Source: Phoronis australis (taxonomy: Eukaryota > Animalia > Phoronida). Taken from it: DNA of 64,000 nucleotides. A program made the position numbers and the translations under genes. The notes under the pieces are model-generated. The model ran no database searches. It was not told the origin of the DNA and worked only from the letters and a program-made list of their open reading frames with translations. This document shows, piece after piece, positions 1-12,800 of the stretch. Every line of letters starts with the position of its first letter. Position 1 is the stretch's first letter. The stretch is from positions 434,001 through 498,000 of the forward strand of contig NMRA01000190.1 in the NCBI GenBank assembly GCA_002633005.1, in the 5' to 3' direction.

Positions 1-666
1 AAAGTTGCAGTTTAAAGCAACCATCTTTTGCGCTTTCTGCTTAAATGTAAAACTAAGTTCACTTAAACAATTTTTTGACACACTTTACTGTATATGGTAA
101 ATTACTCCATCACTGCTGACGGCTACTGCGAAGTTGATTTTTGCTTGTGCTTCGTCACAGCTAGTCAGCCTCACACTGTTGTTATTGTAATGTAGACATA
201 TTGCAATATCCCTAATATACCATGTACACTGAACTGACTGCATGTTTTTATGTCACACAATTCTCAGCTGTCTGTGACGAGCAATTCCAGCTAGGTTGTC
301 TTGTCAAACATTTGTGCCTGTACAGTACTTGCCGAAAGTAATCAAATAAAATACCCGATCGCTCGTCAAGGTGGGTAATGACCCATCACGACGGGTCATT
401 CAAGTTGCTTTGATTATGAATTGTACTTGCACTCCGCCATCACTATTAGGAATTTCACTTAATATGCTAAGCTGTCAAGATGTTTTATGGTGCTTTCTGG
501 GCGTAACTCTTATTAATGTACATTGCGTAACAGGGAATTCTGGGTCATTTTGTCTGAATACTTTTGGCCTTTTGGCATCTAAGTGCAGCTACATGATCAA
601 GTGCATAAGCATAAGTGTGTACAAATGTGGTACTTCCAATTTTGTCAATTTCCGTTTATGTTCCAG

Positions 667-808
667 TGCGATGATGATATTTGAAAGCAGTGTTACGGTG
701 GGTGATACATTACTGTCACGCCCCCTGGAGATGTTGCCTTTTCTGGACAAAGCTCTGGTGTTGGCCCAAGAACAGATCTATCATCAACAGAATCAGCCAG
801 CTCATATG
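667..808 (+). CDS. MCM9: MCM9 coding exon (first in window)
   Basis: Boundaries ttccag|T and ATG|gtaggg. [30 protein letters not shown] aligns to MCM9 (N)AMTLFE...FDSAL. Confidence 0.85.
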
Positions 809-3800
809 GTAGGGTGATATTAGGGTGGTGGACAGAGGACAAATAGCTGGACATAATGTTTATACACATTTTAGAAAGTTACTGAATCTGGCCTGAAGAT
901 GAAAATCGTTAAGTAAAGTGATTGACTTGCCATGACAGGAAGTTTTTTTCACCGTCAAAACGATTGAATGTAAAACAAATTTGTGAACTTCTTGTATTGT
1001 TCACTCATTAGTTTGCAATTGCTCTGAGCAATCAGTTTGGTAACGGAAATCATTTTATTTTGCCCGGGTATGCGACGAGATATGTTGCAGAGTAAAACAA
1101 GGTGAGGTTGTAGAATATTGTCATTTATTGCGACGTAAGTACGAAAGTGATAAAGAAAACTGCAAGATGGGTAATAGTGTTTTGTGTAGCTTCAGAAACT
1201 GCTTCGTTATTATTGCCTTTCATATTACCTCTTTAATATGTTTATGTGGTGAATGTAGTGTGGTAAAATATTCTGAGTTGTGTCATGTTAATCTACAGTC
1301 TGTGAAGGTACACAGCCATGCCAGGATCACTGCTCTTCCTGTCTGTCCAGAGCTAGTCAGAGACACTTTACCAAGGAGCAGCGATGTCAACAGCTTATTA
1401 TCAATCACAGGTAAATCTCAACATTGTACAAGATTTAAGGAGACATTTTCATCTCATTCACTACCTGTATTGCAGTTTTTTTAAATTTTGTTACTAAGCT
1501 GTACGATACATATCACAAACATTCCCAAATGATGATATTTTCCGGTGTCACATGCAACCCAGTTGTATTGCACCACACAATAAGTTCCGAAATTAGGCAA
1601 CTTGACTAGTTTTCCATGATTGAGCTTTGTCCATGGAAGAAGCTTGTGGGCAGTAGCTTTGTACTGTTAAGAGTGTCAAGTACATTTTGAGGTTGCAAAG
1701 TTGTGTCTGTCTGTCTGTCTGAAACAAGGCTTTGAAGCTGCATTTTGCCCTGTTTTTCTGACTGCAAATTTAAAACAAAAATTGAATTAGGCATTTTATT
1801 CACATAACTTGATATCATGATATTCCTTACTGTGATATCATTCTATTTCAATTACCAATTCATGTCAAAGCAATGTGTACATGGGCCATTTTCAAATTGA
1901 CAAGTTTAGGGTTAATTGGGGATTGACCAATACCAAAACTACGAACCCGAATGTGGAGCATGTACACATTGCCTGTGACTCTAGTTGGTAAAGGAAACGG
2001 AATCCTATCATGATAAGGAATGTTTTGAGACCAACTTTATGAGAGTAAATGGCCTAATTTGATTTTCATTTTTAAGTTGGTGAAATGGGGTGAAATGCAT
2101 TTGATCATGTGCATTAAAAGCATGAAAAATTGCAATTTTAGCTTTTATTTTTGTTCCAATTGAAAACATTATTGCAGTAGTTAAGTTACTTAAACACTGT
2201 TGCAGGAACTGTCATCCGTACCACTACAGTGAGACTACTGGAGTATGAGAGGGATTTCATTTGCACTCAGTGTAAACATGTATTCACAATCAAGGTAATG
2301 CCTATTGATGAATCGTCTTGATATTCGCTGAGTTGGAGATAAATTGTAAGATTTTCTACCTGTGTGTTTCACTTGCATTTACTGCTATTAGAACTAAGTC
2401 AATCTTACAACTGTAATTTCGATAACATTTTATTTAAAGTTCAATCAAAATCAAGATATTAACACTTAATACATGTTTGAAACAAAAATAAAACAAAAAG
2501 ATGGGACAGGCATTTCATTGATCCTTATTTCAAATTTCACCTGTCAACCAAAATTGACAAAACTAGGGAAAGTTTGTGCCAGATTGAATCCCTAAGGTTA
2601 CCTGTAATTATAAACCTTTGTCAAAGTACTGGGTGAATGAGCGGTACTATTGTGATAATTTTTTTCTTCTACAGGCTGACTTTGAGCAGTACTATACCAT
2701 TAATAGACCTTCCAGGTGTCCAAGTGAAACGGGGGAATGTAAAAGTTCAACTTTCAATCCACTGTCAAATTCAACAGGTATTTTATTACTATTGCTTGTT
2801 GCCATTATTTTTTAATGAATGGTCAATTGGATTTTTAGACTTTGGTGTTTGCTAAATGGTAAAATATTGTAAGCTTGTCAAAATGCTTGGATTGCTCTGT
2901 CAATCCTGTTGGTCTGGAGTGATGTAAGTCCATTCTTGCTTCCAGCGTCATCTCATCGATACTCTACGCAGTGTTCTCACCGAGATTAACGTTGAACGTG
3001 GTGAGAATAGGGGAACACTCTCAGTCGCAGTGTTCAACTAAATCCTGAAGGGGAGACCACTGCGTTTTTGGTTGATGTTTTTGTGAATAATGAAATTGGA
3101 GTTAGGTAATGGTTTCAGCCTGCAGTGAGTACTAGACTGAGGAATGTGAGGATAGTGACTCAGCATTTTACAGGTTGAAACCACTTAAAACCAGTGTACG
3201 GACTCGACTGATATAACAATCAATCAAAATTTGAGCACTTTTGGAGCTCAAAATTTGAGCATGATTGCCCATCATGCCCAAAAAGCTTGGTGAGCATGCT
3301 GCTCCAATAAACAAAAAAGAAAGTTTTTGAGGCAGTGTTTTCTGCACTGCACTTCGTCAGAAGACATGTACTTAAGATCATGTCTAAACTCTTTAGTGCG
3401 TATCTGCTGTATCATGAAATGTGACACACCTTGAGAATCAGTTTCAGTTCACTTTGTCCTGTCCACAGCTCCTGAACACTGTCGTAACTATCAAGAGCTG
3501 AAGGTGCAGGAACAGGTTCATCGACTGGCTGTGGGTACAATTCCACGGTCCATGTGGGTGGTGTTGGAAGATGACCTTGTGGATTCGTGTAAAGCTGGTG
3601 ATGACATCACTGTCAGGTACTGAGGGGTTAGTGTTTAAAAACATGTTACATAATTATGTGCCTTATGTCAAGAATAGCCCTAAGATTGCTTTAAACTTGT
3701 TGATAGAAGTGCTGTCAGCTTGATCTTTAGTCAGGTTAGAAATGATTTATGGGCTGTAGAAAAACTAACAGTTTGTTATTGGAGTACTTGGTGTGTTGTG

Positions 3801-6800
3801 TCTGTTTTTCTATCTTTAAAAGTATTATGAGGATTTTTACATATCTTCCTTGGGTTTTATGTCTTTTTATTCTATTTCTAACTGCGTCATGGCAATAACT
3901 TAGTTTTGTGCTCTAATACTTTTTATTCAAAATATCACAAAAAGTTGTGACATAATTCTTCAGGCGTGCCAGTTTTCCTTTCACTCGATTTGCATGGTCA
4001 TTCTCATTAATAGCGTTTTGTCTCTCGTGAATACAAATTCCTTTCCCCTCCTGAGTTATATTTGTGTACAGTTAATACTTCAATTATTTAGTGCGCTCTC
4101 GTACAGTCCCTTAAAATGGCATGAAATTCCCTGGAAACAGTAGTAATTTTGACAAATTATGCAAGAAGAAATATGCATGTCTCCTGTCGCAGTTTGAGCA
4201 AACTGTTTTACTTGATTATTTGAGAAAATTACATAGTATGGCTGTCATCAACAAACACAAGATGAAATTTCGAACATTTTTGGCAATAATCAACTTATAA
4301 ATGAAAATTTAGGCCCTTATTTTTGTTTGAAATGAAGGAATCTTTACCATAAGAATAGCCTTTGAGTAGAGAATGCCTTCAATAAGATAACTCTTTGTGC
4401 TGTTTGTGTGAGAAGAAGACAGAAGTTCAGTATTCCTCACTTTTACCTTATTCATTTTTTGTTCTTAACATTACAGTGGTGTAGTTCTCCAGAGGTGGCG
4501 CTACTGTGCTGTCAATAGCAGGTGTGACATTGACCTCGTAGTGAAAGCTAACCATGTACAGGTGACGAATGAACAGAAGAGCCACACACTCGTCACACCA
4601 GAACTGGTACAGTCTGTTATAGCCTCACTCTGTCGTCTGCCGCACAGTCTTAAGAAATCTCAAAACTAAAAACAAGCGATCGATAGGTGCTAATTCAAGA
4701 TGTTAATCTCCTTGTGGTTTGTAGAGATGTGCTGATTTTTCAGTTAATACATTGGCTTCCACTCTCATGGAAAACCTGCCCAATTGCAAAGTTTCCATTT
4801 TTGAATTTCTCATGAAATATTGAGAAAATGGTAAAAACTAGTGGAAAATTGTATGAGATAAATAAAAACTTGTTGGGTGTCATACCAAGAGCTCGTGCAT
4901 TCATTTATACTTGGCATCAATCAGTAGAAAAAACTACCTGATCTCTATTTTTTGGAGGGAATAGCAACTTGCAGAGATGCAGAAAATAACGATATCCTGG
5001 AATCTTGTGTTGGCCTCCTTAATAGTCACACAGTAAGTTCGCTTGGCTTTTGTGCATAAACTTGTACTGACAGTTCATGGTCACCTAACTTCCACTTAAG
5101 TATACATCAGTTTATTGATAGGGGAGTGTACTGTGGTTATCAACAATTGAAATCACATTACAAACTTAACCATGCACATGTGTTTACAATATTTATTGGG
5201 GATTCAGGTTAAGGAGATACATCTTAATGCTGATCTACTAGATGGCCCTTATGTGATTTCTTTGCTCTTTGTATGCAACCCTTTATGAATTGGGAAGTAT
5301 GTTTTAATTGACAGCCAAGATTCTGACTTTACAAACTGATTAAAGCATCCACACAATAATTTAATTCTTTTCCAGAGAGCTGAGTTTGAGCAGTTCTGGA
5401 GGGACTATGCAGATGAGCCATTGGTGGGCCGTAACTTGATCCTAGCCAGTCTTTGTCCTCAAGTCTATGGACTTTATGTAGTCAAGTTGGCTGTTGCCAT
5501 GGTTTTGGCAGGTGGTGTGCAGGTAGAACATCTTTACTTTATGCTGCATTGTTATGACTGATCTCTGTATTGTATGCAGGTTACAAGATCTTTTCACATA
5601 ATTTCTGTGTAAAATAAACTAAGCAGATGGTTTGTCTGCTTTTATCTTACATTAACTTTTAAATTTTGTCGAGGTCGACGTCGATCATCTCTGATTTCCA
5701 TGAAGGCCCTTGACACTTTCTCTCCATTTCACTCACTTGAGTCGAGATGAAATGAGCAGCCATAGTCACAGTCTGCCAGCCAACACAGGACTCAAACTTG
5801 GGCTTCACAAGTGAGAATCCACAGCCTGAAATTGGGCTTTAAATGGTTTCTATGTCAAACAACTTCTTGTTGGAGGATATGATGTCATTGACTGAGTAGT
5901 GTGTGACAGAATAGTGAAGCCTGATTGGCTAATCAAACTGAGCTTCAGTGTCAGTTAAATTTTTTTAAGGTCACTCACTTTGGACTTGATTAATTTCCTT
6001 TATAGCGTGTCGACGAGGGTGGTACTAAGGTGCGAGGGGAGGCCCACCTGTTGCTGGTTGGAGACCCAGGCACAGGTAAATCCCAGTTTTTGAAGTACGC
6101 CACCAAGGTCATCCCACGCTCTGTCCTCACCACTGGTATTGGTAGTACTAGTGCCGGGCTAACAGTGTCTGCAGTGAAGGTGAGGCAAATTGGATTTGTT
6201 GTCGTTGTTCAGCAAAACTGTTTCACTGAGAAAGAACTTGTTAAAAACATAGTCATGTATATTATTTCCATTACTGATGTCGATCGGTGTTTTACTTTTA
6301 CTGATGCATTTATTTACAAGTCACATTCTCAGTGTGCATAGTAAAATGAAGAACATTAAATCACTACACTTTCTTTGGGATGTAACTTTAATGAAGTTTA
6401 CAAACACTTGGAAATTGAGTTTTTTTATGAAACTTGCATAAATGTATTTTTTTTGCTGTTGTGTACTCCTGATGTCAAGAAGTCATTTCGTGATCTGGCA
6501 AGAATGGACATTTAAACTTCGTCATTCTAGGATGATAAAGACTTTTTCCGGCCACAATGAGAAGTGTTTTAGTACAGTATTGGCATACTCGTTGTATACT
6601 ACGCTTTGTGTTGAAGTGTTCTATGAATTTCATTTTCTCGTATCTGCTTATAGGACAGTGGTGAGTGGCAGTTGGAAGCAGGTGCCCTGGTCTTGTCTGA
6701 TGGTGGACTGTGTTGTATTGATGAATTCAGTAGTATACGAGAGCATGACAAGACGAGTATTCATGAAGCCATGGAGCAGCAGACTATCAGTGTAGCTAAG

Positions 6801-9800
6801 GTAACTGTAACCAGTGGTCACTGACAGAGAGCAGACGTATGTCAAGACTGCATTCATTGTAACGTAGTATATGAGAGCATGACAAGACGAGTATTCATGA
6901 AGCAATGGAACAGCAGACTATCAGACTGTAGCTAAGGTAACTGTAACCAGTGACCACTGACAGAGAGCAGACGTATGTCAAGACTGCATTCATTGTAACG
7001 TGTTTTTGAATGTGCTAAGTGTATGTAAACTGCCTTATAACAGTATTTGTAGAAGATTGACGTGTATTGCAGTACAAAGTCAATGAACTCTTGGTGCAAA
7101 AACTTTTGTGTAATCTTCAAATGTCTTATTAGCGTTATTTTTCATCTCATTTTCTACTTGGGTTTTTCCATTTTTCCTCAAAAAAGCCAGTAACTTTTTT
7201 GAAAACTGCTTTGTAAGGTTGAGCTCAACTTGAGCTCATAGTTGTCAATGTTGTATTTATATTTCCAACTTAGTGTGCATTACGTTGTTACAGGTCACAA
7301 GTGCACTGTTGTAAAAAATGTAAAAGCACAAAGTTTTTTCGTTTGCATTTTAAACATTCGTGTGATAGTCGAACCTTCTTCGTCACTAAAATCCAATCTT
7401 TTTTTAGCCTCTTTCCAACCTCAACTGAAAATTTTATCAAAATCCTTTCCCACTTTCTTGATCAAAGTATTGCTCACACATGCATAAATTGATGAAATAT
7501 TTCACCTTTTTAAGCTCTTTGTGATTCCCTCCAGATCTGATCATCAGAAAATGAAGACTTTATCTCTCTGACTGCATATCTTCATTATGTAGAATTTTTG
7601 TCCCCGTATATTTCTTGAAGATCACGAAATTTCGTCCATTGTGAGTCCTTTTGGCATAAGATTTTCCGAGTACTGATTTTGAGCTCTGTTCATAGATATT
7701 TGAAGTAAATCATAGAATTTCAATTCGAAGTCAAATCTTGGATATCGCCAGATCATCTTGACTATATTGTCCAAAAGACGAGAATTCGTGATTACTCAAT
7801 TATTAACATTTTATAATTTCGATATTTCCAGGCTGGCTTAGTTTGTAAGTTGAATACAAGGACCACTATTCTTGCAGCAACCAACCCCAAAGGTCGGTAC
7901 GACCCAACACAGTCAATATCTGTCAACGTGGCACTAGGAAGCCCTCTGTTGAGCAGATTTGACATTGTTCTTGTCCTGTTAGACACACAGAATGAGACGT
8001 GGGATGAAGTGGTGTCCGGCTATATATTGGAGAATAAACACCCACTAAGTAGGTCAAGTTAATAACCAAGGGTGTATATGTGAATATAAATGTATGCAAA
8101 TTCTGCGTTCACTTTCCAGTTAGTTGGTTCTTCATTGCTTTGGTTATAGTTAACCTCAGGTTAAAGTCATATTGTGTGCACAACCCGGATATACAAGTAG
8201 TTATATTATGAGGACGGTACATTTATTGTGCGCACATCCCGGGTTTACAAGTACTTATACTAGGATATTGGTTCGTGTATGTGCTTCACTGAAGAGTAAT
8301 TAATCTTTGTTCTGATTTTGTGACTCAAAATTTCTATTCGTGAAATGAGGCACATAATTGCTATATAATTATAACTTTTGTAATATGCATTTAATAAAAC
8401 CATATATATAGCAATGAATAGATTTTTGATAAGGACGTGTATCTGTTTCAGTGTAAAAACCATTTCCGATATACGTGGCAACATGATGAAACGCGCTAAA
8501 TGTTGCTAGATTGTACCTGATGGACAACATTCTATATTCTTGTGTGGATTTAATGTAGTGGGATATTTTCCAGCATTTTTCATAATTCACTGCAGCCATC
8601 ATGCCATTTAATTTGTTGCATTGTCGTGCAGTGGGATATTCAAATTATTTACACCATCTGAAAATGTCTTTTACTAAAAGAAATGGCTTTTTGTCCCGAT
8701 CAAAATTTGAAATTGGGTTAAGCAAAAGTCACTTTTGTACTGTCACAACTCTAAAGAGTAGTATATGGAATGTTTCTCATTGACATAGCCTCATAACCCA
8801 ACATGAATATCGTGGGAGTTTCTACCATTTCAGGCCAGTCACCCCAGAACCTGTGGTCTATGGACAAGATGAGAGCCTATCTCTGTATGGTGAAGACCAT
8901 CAACCCTGTGTTGACTCCAGAGGCCAGCAGGTGGTGTGAGCGTAGTTTGTGTGATCTCTGCTGATACTGCTATTTGCAGCACACTGAAGCTATTTTGCAG
9001 AAATAACATCTAAAACAAGCGGTGTATACATTAACTAACTCTAACAAAAACTTTTAAACACCCGAGGGAAATCAGTTAAAACATGTAGTTCTCTTATTTT
9101 AGTGAAGCTGTAAAACAATGTAAATTTTGCCTTTAAAACAAATGTAATTTGTTACTGACTATTGTAGAGAATCAACAAATTTCTCTTTTTTACCTACAAG
9201 TATTTCCCCTGGAAATAACTCTGGTTGATCAAAGCAACTGTTGTTGGAACCAGATGAGTCATCTATGAAGATCTTAAGCATGCAATGATGTGAAATATTA
9301 CCACAAACACAACTTTTCAGACATTGCAACCTTTTCCATATAACCACTTCTGAAGTGCGTGTCAAAAAAACTCTTATGATGCGGCCAACCTTACTACGAC
9401 TGAGCAAACAAACATTGAAATGACATGACATGTCTCCTGGTGTCACAGGACTAGTGACATCAGCAACACTCATTAATAAATGCACTCATGTTACTTCTGG
9501 AGCTCTGTGTTACAGGGACTTTAAGATTGTTAACCCCTCAGTGAATATTGTTTTTTACCTTCTTGGTGTCCTAAAAGTAAGCCTGGGTCTTTGCTCAGAA
9601 AATGTACCTATGAACAGAGAATGTATCATAAATATCTTGTGATGAGTTTTTGCAAACTATTAAGTTAAATTTCATTAATTGGCAATTATTAAAAATGGAC
9701 TTCTAAAGCAAGTGACTGATCTGGGTTCCGTTTCATGAAACTATTTTAGTCACTCTTAATCTAGACCGAAATAGCAATGCTGTCATTCCATCACATGTCG

Positions 9801-12800
9801 CAGGGTGCTTTTTGAACAATGCTGTTGACGTCATGCACCAATCAAACTTTCATGAATCGGAGTCCTGATGTCTGACCATAAATGTGAATAAAGTCTCATT
9901 TTAAGTGACACTGATACTGTTCATTTTGGGAAAACGTTCAAAACCTAAGAAATCATTCTTGTGGTCCCAAAGGAGTCCCACGAAGGAATATTCTGAAAAC
10001 TGTGAATGTAGGTCTATGGCCGTACAGTTGGGATCCTTTTTGCAGAAATTCCCTGTATTGCTCGATGTAAAAACCCTGATGTGTTATTGTGCATTTCTTG
10101 TATTTGCAGAGTGCTCCAATGTTACTACAAGGCCCAGCGAGCAGCCGATGATAGAAGTGCTGCACGGACTACAATGAGACTACTTCAGAGCATGATTCGA
10201 CTATCGCAGGGTAATAACAAATAATAACAGTCTGTGGTTCTGCTATTTATTTTCCAGTATTTATCTTTCGGTACTTCTTTTACACATATTGGGTATAGAG
10301 TGTCACTGCACGTTCAAAATGCAGACCAATGCAATACCTGGACAGCTGGGAAAGTGGATACCCGAGACAATACCAAAAGGTGACAAACTATTTCGAGTCA
10401 TTACAAATACCCTACTCTGTTGCCATCAACCAGTCTTTCTTCGACGCAACACTTGCCCTACGCATCACCCTTAATGGTCATGCAGTATATAGCTGCTGCT
10501 GTTGTGATTATGGTTATGTTCACAGCCCATTGTTTAGTGGCTGTTTTAGTGCATGTTGAATGCTCTGCAATGTCAGCTTTTGAACATGAAATGGTTTCCT
10601 CTCTGTTTCAGTAGAATTTCATGGTAGAAATCGGGCATACTTGGAAATAATGCTGCCTCATTTTTCAGTACTTTTCTACTAGCCCAGCTGTTGCAGGATT
10701 TTCTACATTTATCATAAACGTCTAGTATCTGCCGTGAAAACACTGCATGATATGTTCAAAGTAGGAGTAGACCGTACACATGACGAACCTAAACTAACCA
10801 AAAATCAAAAAAGATAGAACTTCATTAAAACATGATTCCTTATCACCTTACAAATTGTCATAATTGACTGATGGTTTATCAATGGACATTGTCGCGCATC
10901 GAGTAACAAAAAATGATACAGAAAAATTATAACTTTCCCTGAAGTGTCTTGAAAATTTAAGGAGGAGGCTGTCACTTGTGGCATGCTGATCCACTTGAGA
11001 TGAATGTAAAGCCAGATTTTTATGGCAGTCTGAAGATCACTTTCTTGGAACAGTTTTAGAACAATCTTGTAAGTTGTCTTTAAAGGGTCAGTATTGGCTT
11101 AATATACAACTGAGAATCACCTTCTGTTGGATGTTGGATTGTTGGATGGGATAGAGTTCTTGAAGTTATTAACTTTGACCACGACAATGAAACCAAATCC
11201 TTTATGTTTTTGTGAGTTTATTATAAATTATCTTCATTGTCTCCCAGACATTCTCTCAAATCAAGGCCTGTCACCTTACCTGTTAAATACATTTAAAATA
11301 CTCGGCCATTTATGGAGTGAGGTTTAGCTCCACCAGCAGAGCATTACCCCAGGTCACTTTTTTGTGGATGTCTCTTTAATTTGTGACAGATCACCAATCC
11401 TTTATATACTACCCTGTTTGATTATATTACTGTTGTGTTCTCAACAGCTCACGCTCGCCTTATGGTCCGTGACAAGGTACTGGTCCAGGATGCAGTTGTT
11501 GCAGTGTCTGTAATGGAATCCTCCATGCAGGTCAGTTGAAGGCCAGGTTGCTATCTGTGCCGCTTTTTGAAGCTTTGTCATGCGGCCTGTGTTCCACCTC
11601 AGCATCGGAATGTTAGGAAATTGGTCACCAATTTAGGACAAAATGTCGACGAGTGAAATTTTATTTTTTTATTTTTTCGCGAAAGATATGTAGTGCAAAA
11701 TAAATGCAGTATCATTTTTAAAAACCTCTAGCATAGCTATAACTCCCAGACAATGATTCTGGAAAATTGGGGTCATCCTCAGTAATGAAAAAGCTCAATT
11801 TTGGCAACTTTGTACGAAATTTGTGAGATTTTGCCATTGGGGGAGACTATGCTCAATGACAAATATGACACGCTTTGACAAATCAACTTGCAGAGCTTGG
11901 TTTGAATCAATAATGAACTGTCAGTTCCTTGGAAGACAACAATTAGTTCTCACCTGAGTAAGGAACAAGTTATGACAAATTTTATAGTGGTGAGTGGTCT
12001 AATTCAATAATGTAGTTTCTGCAACAGACAACAGGTTTATAACGGCTTAAGATTATGTAAGACCAACTTGGCAAGTCAGCACTTAGCCAAATACCTACTT
12101 AAGTATTGATTTTAACTCTGCAGTAAAACTGTATGTTTTTTGCAAGAAGAAAGCCTGTTGAATTTGATTTTTGACTTTTTACTAATCTGAGAGGAGGCAG
12201 TGTCACCCAGTGTGATAGGTGCCTTGTTTCTATACTCAAGGTCGTTGGTTCGAGTCCCAGTGGGCCACACTGTTCGACCCTTGAGTCAGGTTTCTAGCTC
12301 CTCAGTTCGGTTTTAACTAATATATTAATAAAGCACAAAAATGGTTCCAGGTGATCCGTGCAATGGGTCCATATGCGCAGTCTGCGCACTTCTGGTACAA
12401 TGTGTACTAGATCTCTTGCAGTTATTTTTTTTATATTTTACTAATCCTCCTTTAATTGGGTCACAAGACCCTGTCAAAAAAGAAAGGTGTATTCTTAGCA
12501 AAACTACAATATCAACAACACGACTAAATATTGCTTGACATAAATGTTCAAAATGAATTCTCAAAAAATCTGTATTAGTTTTCTAAATTATTTGTCTTTT
12601 TATGCAACTTAAACGTTTTTTATAAAAATCACCATTCTTGCGTATGATAGCTCCTTGTGCAAACGTGAGCCATTTTCAAAACAATTCCAAATAGTTTTGG
12701 ACAACACTGCATAAAGCATGCTTTGAGAAAGTTTCGTGTGAATACAGTCGGCCATGTCTGAGATATGACATGCCAAAGTTAGCCAAATTTGAACATTTTT

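Noticed and set aside
1-666. Search for the MCM9 start exon
   Set aside because: No segment resembling the first ~43 residues was found; it probably lies upstream of the window.
12193-12270. Possible tRNA gene
   Set aside because: A B box is present, but the acceptor and anticodon stems do not pair properly and a SINE-like body follows.
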